NCBI GenBank assembly: GCA_963748825.1
Contig: CAVVKN010000009.1
Location: 64,001 to 128,000 of the forward strand
Source: Methanotrichaceae archaeon
GTDB taxonomy: Archaea > Halobacteriota > Methanosarcinia > Methanotrichales > Methanotrichaceae
DNA: 64,000 nt
Direction of reading: 5' to 3'
The notes beneath the pieces were generated by a model. That model worked only from the letters and a program-made list of their open reading frames with translations, did no database searches and had not been told where the DNA came from. Each line of letters begins with the position of its first letter. Position 1 is the first letter of the stretch. A program made the translations under genes and the position numbers. Positions 19,626 to 29,551 of the stretch are shown in pieces.

Positions 19626-21194
19626 ATGAAGATCAGAATATTTCTGAGGCTGTTTGCGTCGCTTCTAAAGATTTTGGCGGTCTTGCTGCTGGTCCCCGGA
19701 GCCGTAGCGGCATTCTATGCCGAGACGGGAGGCGTTATCGCCTTTGCCATAACATCTCTTCTTACCCTGGCAGCAGGCATAATTTTGGGAAGGCTCTCTG
19801 TAAAGGAGGAGCCGGGCCTTAAAGAGGGCTTTGCCCTTGTCTCTTTGGGGTGGCTGGGAGCGGCCTTCTTCGGGGCTCTGCCTTATGTCTTCCTGGGAAC
19901 CGGCCTCATCGACGGCCTCTTCGAGTCCATGTCCGCTTTTACCACCACCGGCTCCTCCATACTCACTGAATCAAATGCCCAAGGGTACTGGATCATCAAC
20001 TCAACTCTGGCCAACAGCAGCCTGGCGCACCAACTGGAGCTTTCCATAAGGAGCCTGACGGCAAACAGCACATTGCTCCAGATCGGCAGCAGACCTGACA
20101 AGACCTATATGGGACTGCTCTTCTGGAGGTCCTTTGCCCAGTGGCTGGGCGGGATGGGGATAATACTATTATTCGTGGCCATACTACCGCGCCTGGGCGT
20201 GGCGGGACGCCAGCTCTACCGGGCAGAGGTGCCCGGCCCGGACAAGGACGCCCTGACGCCGCGCATTAAGCAGACCGCCCAATTGCTCTGGGTGGTTTAC
20301 ATCCTCATGACTGTCGCTGAGGTTGTGCTTCTTTACCTGGCAAAAATGCCCCTTTTTGACTCGCTATGCAATACATTTGCTTCCATGGCCACGGGCGGTT
20401 TTTCTCCCCAGGCCCTGAGCATGGCCGCGTATAAAAGCGGGATAATAGATGCCATCATCACACTATTCATGTTTTTAGCGGGGGCCAACTTCGCCCTGCA
20501 TTACAGAATGCTAAACACCGACCGAAAGGCCCTTTTCAAGGACGCGGAGTTTCGGTTTTACAGCCTGATCGTGCTAGTGGCTACAGCCATTATCATTCTC
20601 TGGGGCGGCCTACAGGGCGACATTATCCGCAAAATCCAGCTGGCAGGATTTCAGGTGGTCTCCATCATGACCACTACAGGCTTTGCCACGACAAATTTTG
20701 ACCAGTGGACGGCTGCGGCCAAGTACACTCTCCTCTTGCTCATGATCATAGGTGCCTGTGCTGGGTCCACAGGCGGAGCCATAAAGGTAGTAAGAATTCT
20801 GTTGGTATTGAAGAGCGGATACCGGGAGCTGCTTCACGTCCTACATCCCAAAGCAGTAATTGCTCTGCGCCTGGGAGGCATCTCCGTCAAAGATGAAGTG
20901 CTGCGGCCCAGCAACATCTTCGTGGCCATGTATATCTTCATCTTTGCGTCGGCCTCGCTTCTCCTGGCCATCATCTCCTACGGCGATCCGGGAATGACCA
21001 TCGAGACCATCCTCTCTGCGGTCGCCACCACACTTGGCAACGTGGGGCCGGGCTTTGGCATGGTAGGGCCCATGTTCAGCTTTGCGGAGATTCATCCTGC
21101 TGCCAAGATGCTGCTCTTCTTTTGCATGTGGATCGGCCGGCTGGAGGTAGTGACGGCGCTGGTCTTGCTGGTGCCGGAGTTTTGGAAGAAATGA
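19626..21194 (+). CDS. trkH: TrkH-family potassium uptake membrane protein
   Basis: TTTG, ATGGFS, TTTGF, GNVGPG and WIGRLE motifs. Confidence 0.95.
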   Translation: MKIRIFLRLFASLLKILAVLLLVPGAVAAFYAETGGVIAFAITSLLTLAAGIILGRLSVKEEPGLKEGFALVSLGWLGAAFFGALPYVFLGTGLIDGLFESMSAFTTTGSSILTESNAQGYWIINSTLANSSLAHQLELSIRSLTANSTLLQIGSRPDKTYMGLLFWRSFAQWLGGMGIILLFVAILPRLGVAGRQLYRAEVPGPDKDALTPRIKQTAQLLWVVYILMTVAEVVLLYLAKMPLFDSLCNTFASMATGGFSPQALSMAAYKSGIIDAIITLFMFLAGANFALHYRMLNTDRKALFKDAEFRFYSLIVLVATAIIILWGGLQGDIIRKIQLAGFQVVSIMTTTGFATTNFDQWTAAAKYTLLLLMIIGACAGSTGGAIKVVRILLVLKSGYRELLHVLHPKAVIALRLGGISVKDEVLRPSNIFVAMYIFIFASASLLLAIISYGDPGMTIETILSAVATTLGNVGPGFGMVGPMFSFAEIHPAAKMLLFFCMWIGRLEVVTALVLLVPEFWKK

Positions 21195-21246
21195 GATCGC
21201 AAATAGATATCCAGGACCAATTCGTTTTTAACGACAAAGTTGGATA

Positions 21247-22467
21247 ATGCGAGCTATGAAAGTCCTCCTCTTCGACCCAAGCGCTGGAGCCTCCGGAGAC
21301 ATGATCATGGCCTCTCTCCTGGACCTGGGGGCAGATGCCGACTCTGTTCGCGAAGCGGTTGAGTCCGTGGGCTGCACCCTGGAGGTCTCCCGCCAGGAGA
21401 AGAGCCACATCATGGCCTGCCGGGCCAGGGTGATCTCGGACCGGAGATACCAATCACTGGACGAGGCCAAATCCATTCTGCAAGGCTCCAGCCTGCAAGG
21501 AAAAGCCCGGGAAAATGCGCTGGCTGCCCTGGATACTCTAGCCGAGGCGGAGAGCCAGGTGCACGGCGTGGCCGCGGAACATGTTCGGTTTCATGAGATT
21601 GGCGCCCTGGATGCACTGGCCGACATTGCCGGAGCCTGCGCGGCATGGCAAAGCCTAGGCCTTGAGCGCGTTTTGTCCCGGCCGTTATCCGTGGGCGGGG
21701 GCAATGTTGCGTCGGCGCACGGCCTTCTTGCCGTACCGGGTCCGGCTGCACTGGAAATCTTGCGATCTCACAAAATCCCCTGGAAAGGAGGGCCGGTAGA
21801 AGAGGAGCTGCTTACCCCGACGGGCGCGGCCCTGCTGGCAACTCTGGTCGATGAATTTGTGCCTGACTTTCCCCTCATCCGGGCAGAGAGGGTGGGCTAC
21901 GGCGCAGGCAAAAAGGAGCTAATCCTGCCCAATGTTCTGCGGGCCATAGCTGCGGAAACGCTCCCGGTCCCCGAGGCAGCGGCCCGGCCAAATCACGAAG
22001 AGCACGGGAACCGCATCGTGCAGCTGGAGACAAATGTGGATGATGTGACGGGCGAGGTGCTGGGCCATTTGATAGAGTTGCTCATGCAGGCCGGAGCTTT
22101 GGACGTCTCCGTTCTGCCTGCCCTGATGAAGAAAGGACGCGCCGGATTTGTGATCCGGGCCATTGCCGGGGCTCTGGATACGGAATTGCTGGCCAGAGTT
22201 ATGATCCGGGAGACGGGCTCCCTGGGCGTGCGCGTTTTTCCCAGCATTCACCGACTGGTAGCGGAGCGGGAGGAAAGAAATGTGCAGGTGGAGATATGCG
22301 GCCGCATCTACCAGCCCCAGGTGAAGGTGAGCCGCATGGATGGCGAGCTTTTAAGCGTCAAGCCGGAGTACGAGGACTGCAAGAGAATAGCCGACGAGAC
22401 AAATCTGCCCCTGCGCATGGTCATCAAAAAAGTGGAAGAGGCGGGGTGGCAAGCGGTAGCCCACTAA
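21247..22467 (+). CDS. larC: Nickel pincer cofactor biosynthesis / nickel insertion protein
   Basis: GASGDM, VHG...FHEIGALD, HG.L.VP.PA, LLTPTGAA, ETNVDD, MKKGR and KPEYED motifs. Confidence 0.92.
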   Translation: MRAMKVLLFDPSAGASGDMIMASLLDLGADADSVREAVESVGCTLEVSRQEKSHIMACRARVISDRRYQSLDEAKSILQGSSLQGKARENALAALDTLAEAESQVHGVAAEHVRFHEIGALDALADIAGACAAWQSLGLERVLSRPLSVGGGNVASAHGLLAVPGPAALEILRSHKIPWKGGPVEEELLTPTGAALLATLVDEFVPDFPLIRAERVGYGAGKKELILPNVLRAIAAETLPVPEAAARPNHEEHGNRIVQLETNVDDVTGEVLGHLIELLMQAGALDVSVLPALMKKGRAGFVIRAIAGALDTELLARVMIRETGSLGVRVFPSIHRLVAEREERNVQVEICGRIYQPQVKVSRMDGELLSVKPEYEDCKRIADETNLPLRMVIKKVEEAGWQAVAH

Positions 22468-22734
22468 TTCGTGCCATCCCTTTTAACATATATCTTATTT
22501 TATTACTACGCCACCTAACCAACTCGCCTCTTTAGCCGAATAAATTCTTATCACTTACTTATAATACTAATATAGTTAGGATTGTAGTTGGTATTATATA
22601 TACTTTTCGTAAATAATAATAGTAGCAGCATGCCAGAGACGGAAAGAGCATCTGTATCTAGCGAATTATAAAGTATGCAAATGACCGGACGGCTCGCAAG
22701 TTTGATTAATCTGCCCCGCAGGGTAGCTCTTCTC

Positions 22735-24006
22735 ATGCATCTAGATTCTTCCACCCGGCTCTTTGATTGTGCCAAAAAGCTGATGCCCGGCGGCGTATCC
22801 AGCCCCGTACGCGCCATCTCACCCTGCCCCTTTTACACGGCCAGAGCAGATGGCCCCTACCTATGGGATGCGGACGCAAACCGGTTCATCGATTACTGCT
22901 TAGCATACGGACCCATGATCTTAGGCCACCGCCATCCCGCCGTCGTCCGGGCCGTGACTGATCAGATGACCCGCGGCTGGCTTTATGGAACCCCCTCCGT
23001 GCTGGAGGTTGCAGCCGCTGCAGAGAATCACCCGGCTTTATCCCAGCATGGAAATGGCTCCGCTTCGTCAGCTCCGGCACGGAGGCCACCATGGCGGCCA
23101 TTCGCGTGGCGCGCGGCGCTACGGGCCGGGATAAAATCATCAAGATCGAGGGCGGCTTTCACGGGGCGCACGACAGCGTCCTGGTGAAGGCGGGCTCGGG
23201 AGCCACGACTCTGGGCATTCCCGATTCACGAGGCGTGCCTGCCGACACGGCCAAGAACACTCTGCTGGTGCCCTACAATGACCTGGAGGCCCTGGAGAGC
23301 CCTACTGAAGAGCTATCCCGGCCAGATCGCCTGCCTGATCATGGAGCCCGTCTTGGGCAACATCGGTCCGGTGCTGCCGGAGAAGGGCTACCTTGAGGGA
23401 GTGCGCCGGCTTACAAAGGAGCATGATGTGCTCCTCATCTTCGACGAGGTCATAACCGGCTTTCGGCTATCCCTGGGCGGTGCACAGGAGCTCTTCGGCA
23501 TTAAGCCAGATCTCACCACTTTGGGCAAGATCATAGGAGGGGGCTTTCCCGTGGGCATCTTTGGCGGCAGGCGCGATCTGTTAGAGCAGGTGGCGCCCAG
23601 CGGTGGCATCTACCAGGCAGGAACCTTCAACGGCAGTCCCGTCTCTTTAGCCGCCGGCATGGCCACCCTGGACGTCATGGAAAAAGAGAAGGTTTTAGAG
23701 AAGCTCAATGACACCGGAATGAAGATGAGAAAAGGACTGCAAGAGATTGTAGACGACCTTGGATTAGGCTACAGCGTGGTAGGCATAGCCTCCATGTTCA
23801 AGATATTCTTTGGAGAGGAGCCACATAATTATGCTCAGGCCCTGAAATGCGACAAGATTGGCTATCTGGCCTTTTTCCGTCGCATGCTCGATGCCGGCAT
23901 TTTCCTTACTCCCAGCCAGTATGAAACTGATTTCATATCGGCAGCCCACAGCCCGGAAGTTATACAAACCACTCTGGAGGCGTTTAAGTCCTGTCTGAAA
24001 AGCTGA
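22735..24006 (+). pseudogene. hemL: Glutamate-1-semialdehyde 2,1-aminomutase with three +1 frameshifts (likely sequence errors)
   Basis: [39 protein letters not shown] and GTFNG spread across frames; extra bases near 23010-23020, 23057 and 23301. Confidence 0.9.
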
Positions 24007-24929
24007 TCGTAGGCAGCCGGGGTAGCCCTCTGGCAATGCGCCAGACCCAGATTGTGCAGGAGTTGCTTCTGCCCCTGGGCGTGGAGACGCAGCTTATCAA
24101 AGTCAAGACCAGCGGAGATGTCTTCCTGGACAAGCCTTTGCACCAGCTCACCGGCTTTGGCGTCTTCGTGGCGGAGATTGACGAGCGCATGCTCAGCGGC
24201 GAGATCGATTTAGCCGTGCACAGCATGAAGGACCTGCCCACAAAAAGGCCGGAAGAGCTGACCATCTCCGCGATCTTGAAACGCGACTCGCCTTATGACA
24301 TAATGCTCTGCAGGGACGGCTCGACGAAAAGTCTAGAAGAGCTAAAGAAAGGCGCAACCGTGGGCACCTCCAGCATGCGGCGCACGGCGCAGCTACGCCG
24401 GGCCCGGCCCGATCTGCAGATAATTAACTTGCGGGGAAATCTGCAGACGCGGCTGCGCAAGCTGGATCAGGGGACTTACGATGCCATAGTCCTGGCGAAG
24501 GCTGGCCTCGAGAGGATGGGCCTGGAGAGGGATTATGTGCGACTGGATGGGGAGAGGTTCGTTCCCTCCGCCAACCAGGGAACCATAATAGTCGTAGCCA
24601 AGAAGGGATCAAAGGCAGAATTTTATTCCAGATCACTGGATGATGCGCCCACAAGAACCGAGACCATGATCGAACGCAAGATCCTGGAGACAGTGGGAGG
24701 CGGCTGTGTCGTTCCGATGGCAGTGCACGCCTCTGCAAAGAACGGCCAGGCACGTGTCCTGGCCGAGGTCCTATCCTTAGACGGCAAGAGGTTTGTGCGA
24801 TTGGATGAAAATATCTCTTTGCATGAAGATGATCACTTGGGCAAGGCAGAGGACATGGGGCGAAGGCTCATGAAGATGGGTGGAAGAGAGCTGGTAGATG
24901 AGGCGGTGAAGGAATTTGGCACGCGGTAA
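23991..24929 (+). CDS. hemC: Hydroxymethylbilane synthase (probable CTG start)
   Basis: [12 protein letters not shown] lies upstream of the first ATG; also [23 protein letters not shown] and GGCVVP. Confidence 0.95.
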   Translation: MSEKLIVGSRGSPLAMRQTQIVQELLLPLGVETQLIKVKTSGDVFLDKPLHQLTGFGVFVAEIDERMLSGEIDLAVHSMKDLPTKRPEELTISAILKRDSPYDIMLCRDGSTKSLEELKKGATVGTSSMRRTAQLRRARPDLQIINLRGNLQTRLRKLDQGTYDAIVLAKAGLERMGLERDYVRLDGERFVPSANQGTIIVVAKKGSKAEFYSRSLDDAPTRTETMIERKILETVGGGCVVPMAVHASAKNGQARVLAEVLSLDGKRFVRLDENISLHEDDHLGKAEDMGRRLMKMGGRELVDEAVKEFGTR

Positions 24930-26376
24930 GGTTTATCTGGTGGGAGCTGGCCCTGGTGACCCCGAGCTTATGACTCTGAAGGCGAAAAGGCTGCTAAGCG
25001 TTGCGGATGTAGTCTTGTTCGATAGGCTGCTTGACCCCAGGATGCTGGAAGGAGTCAAAGCAGAATTGATCGATGTAGGCAAGAACGCTGGTCATCACAA
25101 GCTGAATCAGGAAGGCATCAACCAGCTTCTCATCGAGAAAGCGGAAGCGGGAAACATCGTGGTCCGCCTGAAGGGAGGGGATCCCTACCTCTTTGGCCGG
25201 GGCGGAGAGGAGGCGCTGGCGTTGCAGGAAAAAGGCATACCCTTTGAGGTTGTGCCCGGTGTGACCTCCTCCATTGCCGCCCCCGAGCTGGCCGGAATTC
25301 CCGTGACCCACCGGGGTGTGGCCTCTTCGCTTATTATCGTGACCGGCCATGAGGAGCCGGGAAAAGAGACGCCCCTGGACTGGAAGGCGATAGCAGCGTT
25401 GGGCGGGACTCTGGTTGTGCTGATGGGCGTCTCCCGCCTGGAGCAGAATGTTGCGGCCCTGATTGAAGCAGGGAAATCCCCCCAAACACCGGCGGCCATG
25501 GTTGAAAAGGGAGGCTGGCCGGAGCAGAGGATGATTTCGGCAACGCTGGCCGATATAGCCCAAAAGGCCAGGGAGTCGAAGATCGAGTCTCCGGCCATAC
25601 TGGTTGTAGGCGAGGTGGTCTTGCTGGCGGAGAAGCTGGGGCAAAAGAAGATCGCCATTCTTCGGCCCGCCGCCCAGCAGAAGGAGTCGGCGGCCCTGGC
25701 AGAGAGCTACGGCTTCTCACCGATACTGGCTCCTGCAATCGCTCTGGCAGAAAAGCCCTTGCCCGAAGATCTGGTAGAGAGGCTTTGCAAAGCAGAATGC
25801 GTGGCTTTTACCAGCGCCAACGGAGTGAAGATGGCACTGCATAGCCCCGCTATCAGGCAAACATTGACTGGGAAGATGATCGTGGCCATTGGGCCCAAGA
25901 CCGCCCTGGCTTTGGCCGAGCAGGGCTTGACGGCACAGGTACCGGAGGAGTACAGCTCGGCGGGAATGGAGAAGATGCTGCGGGGAAAATGCCAGAGCAT
26001 TCTCTTCCTGCGCAGCGCTCAGGGTAGTAAGTACCTCTCAGAGGAATTGTTGGCGGCGGGACTTTATGTGGATGACATTGCCCTTTACGAGGTTGTTCCC
26101 TCCGGGGACACCCGCCTGGACGAACTGATAAAGAGGGCAAAAAGCGTGGACATCTTTGCCTTCACCAGCTCCTCTACAGCTCGCTATCTGATAGAGAGAG
26201 CCAAAGCGATGGACCTGGAAAAGGAACTGCGAGAAGCGCTCGCCGCCGGCACGGTGGCTGCCATTGGCAAGCCCACGACAGAAGAGTTGGCCCGGCTGGG
26301 CGTGAAAGTGGACGTGATGCCGGACAAGTTCACCTTTGAGGCGATGCTTACCGTTTTGCAGGAGAAGAAGAGGTAA
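24916..26376 (+). CDS. cobA: Uroporphyrinogen-III C-methyltransferase / uroporphyrinogen-III synthase fusion (CobA-HemD)
   Basis: GAGPGDPEL and RLKGGDP.LFGRGGEE; C-terminal FTSANGV, AIGPKT and FTSSS. Confidence 0.93.
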   Translation: MARGKVYLVGAGPGDPELMTLKAKRLLSVADVVLFDRLLDPRMLEGVKAELIDVGKNAGHHKLNQEGINQLLIEKAEAGNIVVRLKGGDPYLFGRGGEEALALQEKGIPFEVVPGVTSSIAAPELAGIPVTHRGVASSLIIVTGHEEPGKETPLDWKAIAALGGTLVVLMGVSRLEQNVAALIEAGKSPQTPAAMVEKGGWPEQRMISATLADIAQKARESKIESPAILVVGEVVLLAEKLGQKKIAILRPAAQQKESAALAESYGFSPILAPAIALAEKPLPEDLVERLCKAECVAFTSANGVKMALHSPAIRQTLTGKMIVAIGPKTALALAEQGLTAQVPEEYSSAGMEKMLRGKCQSILFLRSAQGSKYLSEELLAAGLYVDDIALYEVVPSGDTRLDELIKRAKSVDIFAFTSSSTARYLIERAKAMDLEKELREALAAGTVAAIGKPTTEELARLGVKVDVMPDKFTFEAMLTVLQEKKR

Positions 26377-26377
26377 A

Positions 26378-27538
26378 ATGATCATATTTTCCAAAGCCCT
26401 GGCGGATCAGGCCACTGTTTGGGAGGCGCTGCGCGCCAGCGAGTCGTGCCAGAATCTACCGCCTGATTTGCTCAGGTTCTCGGCCCAGAAGAGGCCGGTC
26501 GTGATGTGGAATTTGACAGCGCACTGCAACCTGGCCTGCCAGCACTGTTACATGGATGCCAGCCGCGAGGCGCGAGAGGAAATGTCTCTGGAAGAGGGCA
26601 TGCATTTGGTAGATGAGCTGGCCGAGATGGAAGTACCCATCCTCATCTTCACCGGCGGAGAGCCCCTTCTCAGCCGCAATTTCTATGCCCTGGCCTTCCA
26701 CGCCCGTGAGGTGGGCCTGAGGACAGTCATCTCCACCAATGGAACCCTGATTACCCCTGAGGTGGCCAGGCTCCTGGCTGAGGCTAAGATCAGATACGTA
26801 GGGGTAAGCCTGGACTCCGCTTCTGCGCAAAGCCACGATGCCTTCAGAGGCGTGGTCGGAGCGCATGCCCGGGCTTTGCAGGGCATCAAGAACGCCCGCG
26901 ATGCTGGCCTGAAGACGGGGCTGCGCCTCACGCTCACCCGCGACAACTGGCAAGATGTTCCAGCTCTGCTGAGCCTGGCACTGCAGGAGAACATCCCCCG
27001 ATTCTGTCTCTACCACCTTGTCCCTACGGGCCGGGGAGCGGGCATGGCCGACAGGGACGTCACACCCGAGCAGCGGCGCAGCGTTATTCGCCTGCTGGCC
27101 GAAGCTGCAGAGGAGCTGAAAGGAGAGAACATTGAGATTTTGACCACGGACTCTCCCATGGATGGAGCCTATTTGCTGGAGCTGTTGAAGGGCGATCCCC
27201 GGCGCGAGAACGTGCAAAAGCTGCTGACCAATGCAGGCGGCTGCTCCACGGGAGTAAAGGTGGCCAACATCAATCAGCGAGGGGATGTGCACCCCTGCCA
27301 CTTCATGCCCCAGGTAGTGGTGGGCAATGTGCGAGAGCGCTCCTTCCGGGACATCTGGATCGATCATCCCTCTCCGGAGCTGCAGGCGCTGCGGGGCATA
27401 AGGTCCAGCCTTAAAGGTGCCTGCGGAAAGTGCGAATACCTGGATCTGTGCGGAGGATGCCGCCAGAAAGCCTACTACTATCATGGAGATATGTTGGCTG
27501 AAGATCCCACCTGCATTCTGGAGCATAAGAGCCTCTGA
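26378..27538 (+). CDS. Radical SAM/SPASM protein, probably AhbC/NirJ1-type alternative haem biosynthesis enzyme
   Basis: RPVVMWN.T..CNLACQHC, GGEPL, and SPASM cysteines (C..G...PC...CGKC.....CGGCR....DPTC); follows hemL-hemC-cobA. Confidence 0.85.
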   Translation: MIIFSKALADQATVWEALRASESCQNLPPDLLRFSAQKRPVVMWNLTAHCNLACQHCYMDASREAREEMSLEEGMHLVDELAEMEVPILIFTGGEPLLSRNFYALAFHAREVGLRTVISTNGTLITPEVARLLAEAKIRYVGVSLDSASAQSHDAFRGVVGAHARALQGIKNARDAGLKTGLRLTLTRDNWQDVPALLSLALQENIPRFCLYHLVPTGRGAGMADRDVTPEQRRSVIRLLAEAAEELKGENIEILTTDSPMDGAYLLELLKGDPRRENVQKLLTNAGGCSTGVKVANINQRGDVHPCHFMPQVVVGNVRERSFRDIWIDHPSPELQALRGIRSSLKGACGKCEYLDLCGGCRQKAYYYHGDMLAEDPTCILEHKSL

Positions 27539-27767
27539 CCATTTTTTTTCCGTGTGTCTTTCTGCGTAAAATGACGTATTGTGGTTTTTCCCTTTTTCCC
27601 ACCCAATTTATTATTTCATCATTTTTACAGCCACACCCAGCTAAAGAGTTTCATCATTTCAGCCCATTTATTTTCGATAATTGCCATAATTTTCAGCAAT
27701 AATTACCGTCATATGCCGAAAGATTGATAAACTAAGAACGCCTATTTAATATTTGGAGTGAAAGCAA

Positions 27768-27884
27768 ATGACACATCACGAAGAGAAGAAAAAGGCTGAA
27801 GAGAAGGAAGCAAAGGTCGAGCCTATCAAACTCGGTGACAAGAGAGGCGGAAAGAAGAAGGGACTGCTGGACACTTGCGAGTGA
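27768..27884 (+). CDS. 38-aa peptide MTHHEEKKKAEEKEAKVEPIKLGDKRGGKKKGLLDTCE
   Basis: GGAGTGA SD, AT-rich TATA-like element upstream, T-rich tract downstream; near-identical paralogue at 27981. Confidence 0.8.
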   Translation: MTHHEEKKKAEEKEAKVEPIKLGDKRGGKKKGLLDTCE

Positions 27885-27980
27885 GATCGGCAGCATATTT
27901 TTATTTGTATTGTTCGCCGGAAGGTATAATTAATATCAACTGCAAGAATATCAGCTGCTAGAATAAATGGAGGCTGCAAA

Positions 27981-28100
27981 ATGACACACCACGAAGAAAA
28001 GAAAGAGAAGAAGGAAGAGGCGGAAGCAAAGGTCGAGCCCATCAAACTCGGTGACAAGAGAGGCGGCAAGAAGAAAAGTCTGCTCGATACTTGCGAGTAA
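27981..28100 (+). CDS. 39-aa peptide MTHHEEKKEKKEEAEAKVEPIKLGDKRGGKKKSLLDTCE
   Basis: GGAGG SD at 27969-27973, T-rich tract downstream; several synonymous differences from the first copy. Confidence 0.8.
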   Translation: MTHHEEKKEKKEEAEAKVEPIKLGDKRGGKKKSLLDTCE

Positions 28101-28194
28101 AAGCCTCTGTATCAAACCCTTTTTCTAAATTTTCTCTTTTGCATCTTTAAAATAATTGGATCATTGCCATTCGGTTTTCATCAGTTTTATAGTT

Positions 28195-28920
28195 TTATTG
28201 CCAGAACTTTTGTCGAAATGACAGCGCACCCCAGGCCACCAGCACGGCAAAGAGGGCGTAGGCCAGGGGCAGCCAGGCGGGCATTCCGAAAAGATCCGGC
28301 CGGGCGTAGACCCAGGCTCCTGCGGATACGGGCATAGCTTCACAAACCGGTCCGAGGATGCTTCCCGCCGCCAAGAGGATGACTGTTGATTTTTCCGGCC
28401 GGGTGCTGAGTGCAGCCGCAGCCAGTAGCAGAGCAGCAGCGATGACAAGCAGCGTATTTTCGCTCAGGGCGACAAAGAGCACGATCTCAATGGCGATGCC
28501 AGCCAGAGCCAGGGGCAGAGTTCCCGGCCTGGATGACGGCATCTCTCCCAGAAGGCTTCTCACGATCAGCCATAAGGCAGTAGGAAAGCAAGCCCAGATG
28601 ACGAAAAGCCAGGGAGGGATGAGGGGCAGGCCGCCCGTTTCGGCGTAGCTCCACAGGCCCCCGGAAACGCAGGCCACCTCAGTGAGCGGGCCGATGACGG
28701 CCCCGGCCACAGCCACAGCCAGAGCTGAAGGCCCCAGGCGCAAGGCGAGCAAAGCTGGCGCGGGCAGGAGGAGCAGGGCCAGGAGGTAAGGGCTCTGCCA
28801 GCAGGAGACGATGGCAGCTACGGCGTAGACGACGAGGACGGCGACGATGGCTAAGTCAAAGAGGCGGGTGGCGAGGGGGATTTCTGGATGCGAAGATGGC
28901 GAGCGAGTGTATCGGGTCAT
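28195..28920 (-). CDS. Membrane protein with an internally duplicated DUF2878-like domain
   Basis: Two units G..IGP..E...VS.G.W.YA......P.WL; high GC. Confidence 0.7.
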   Translation of the reverse strand: MTRYTRSPSSHPEIPLATRLFDLAIVAVLVVYAVAAIVSCWQSPYLLALLLLPAPALLALRLGPSALAVAVAGAVIGPLTEVACVSGGLWSYAETGGLPLIPPWLFVIWACFPTALWLIVRSLLGEMPSSRPGTLPLALAGIAIEIVLFVALSENTLLVIAAALLLAAAALSTRPEKSTVILLAAGSILGPVCEAMPVSAGAWVYARPDLFGMPAWLPLAYALFAVLVAWGALSFRQKFWQ

Positions 28921-29107
28921 GGGGCGATCTCGATGATTATTATGAGCCGGTCTTAAGTAAATGATCCCTGGCCGAGGCGAAAGTTGGTGCCATGAGAAGA
29001 GAAGACATGATAAAAGGACTGACAAGCGGCTCGTAATTAGTCATTGGGCGATACAATTCGTATCGGCATTAATCTTCTGCAAAACGCAAGAGAAGCAAGC
29101 TCATTGC

Positions 29108-29218
29108 AGCCTGCAATCCAAGCTCGACACCCTCAAGCGCCACCATGTGGAGACCACCGCCGAGCTGGACGCGCTCCTTCCGGCTGTGCTGGAGCGGGCC
29201 TTCCGGGGCGAGCTGTAG
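29108..29218 (+). pseudogene. 3' remnant of a type I restriction-modification specificity subunit (hsdS)
   Basis: LQSKLDTLKRHHVETTAELDALLPAVLERAFRGEL*, the typical HsdS C-terminus AFxGEL. Confidence 0.75.
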
Positions 29219-29263
29219 ATATTAGGATGAAAAATTTATACTAAAAGGCCCAATGTATCCAGG

Positions 29264-29551
29264 ATGAGTGAAGATGCCTGCATCGTCGTATCGGTGGATG
29301 ACATAAAGGCCTTTGAAAGGCTGAAGCTGATCTCTCAGATAGCACCGGTGAAAGAGAGGATAAGGTCATTTGAAAGCAAACACAGATCCAATCTTGATGC
29401 CTTCGAGGAAAAACTAAAACATCTTCCGGAGGATTTCGAACGCTGGGATGATTTCATCGAGTGGAAAGCCTACAGAGATAGCTTGAAGGATCTCGAATTA
29501 AGGCTCAAAAAGATTGAAGATGCAACGAACTTTAGAATCGCTTCAGGATAA
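29264..29551 (+). CDS. Small protein, putative antitoxin (TumA-like partner of DUF6516)
   Basis: 95 aa; IRSFESKH...ERWDDFIEWKAY; overlaps the downstream gene. Confidence 0.7.
   Translation: MSEDACIVVSVDDIKAFERLKLISQIAPVKERIRSFESKHRSNLDAFEEKLKHLPEDFERWDDFIEWKAYRDSLKDLELRLKKIEDATNFRIASG

Noticed and set aside
22675-24006. Programmed frameshifting in hemL
   Set aside because: Three separate shifts without slippery sequences; sequence error is far more parsimonious.
26456-27526. 356-aa antisense ORF (and similar long ones such as 48967-49917)
   Set aside because: Shadows of well-supported genes on the opposite strand in GC-rich coding DNA.
27776-28069. 97-aa minus-strand ORF with an internal repeat
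   Set aside because: It is the antisense of the two peptide genes; SD sites and the synonymous substitution pattern favour the plus strand.
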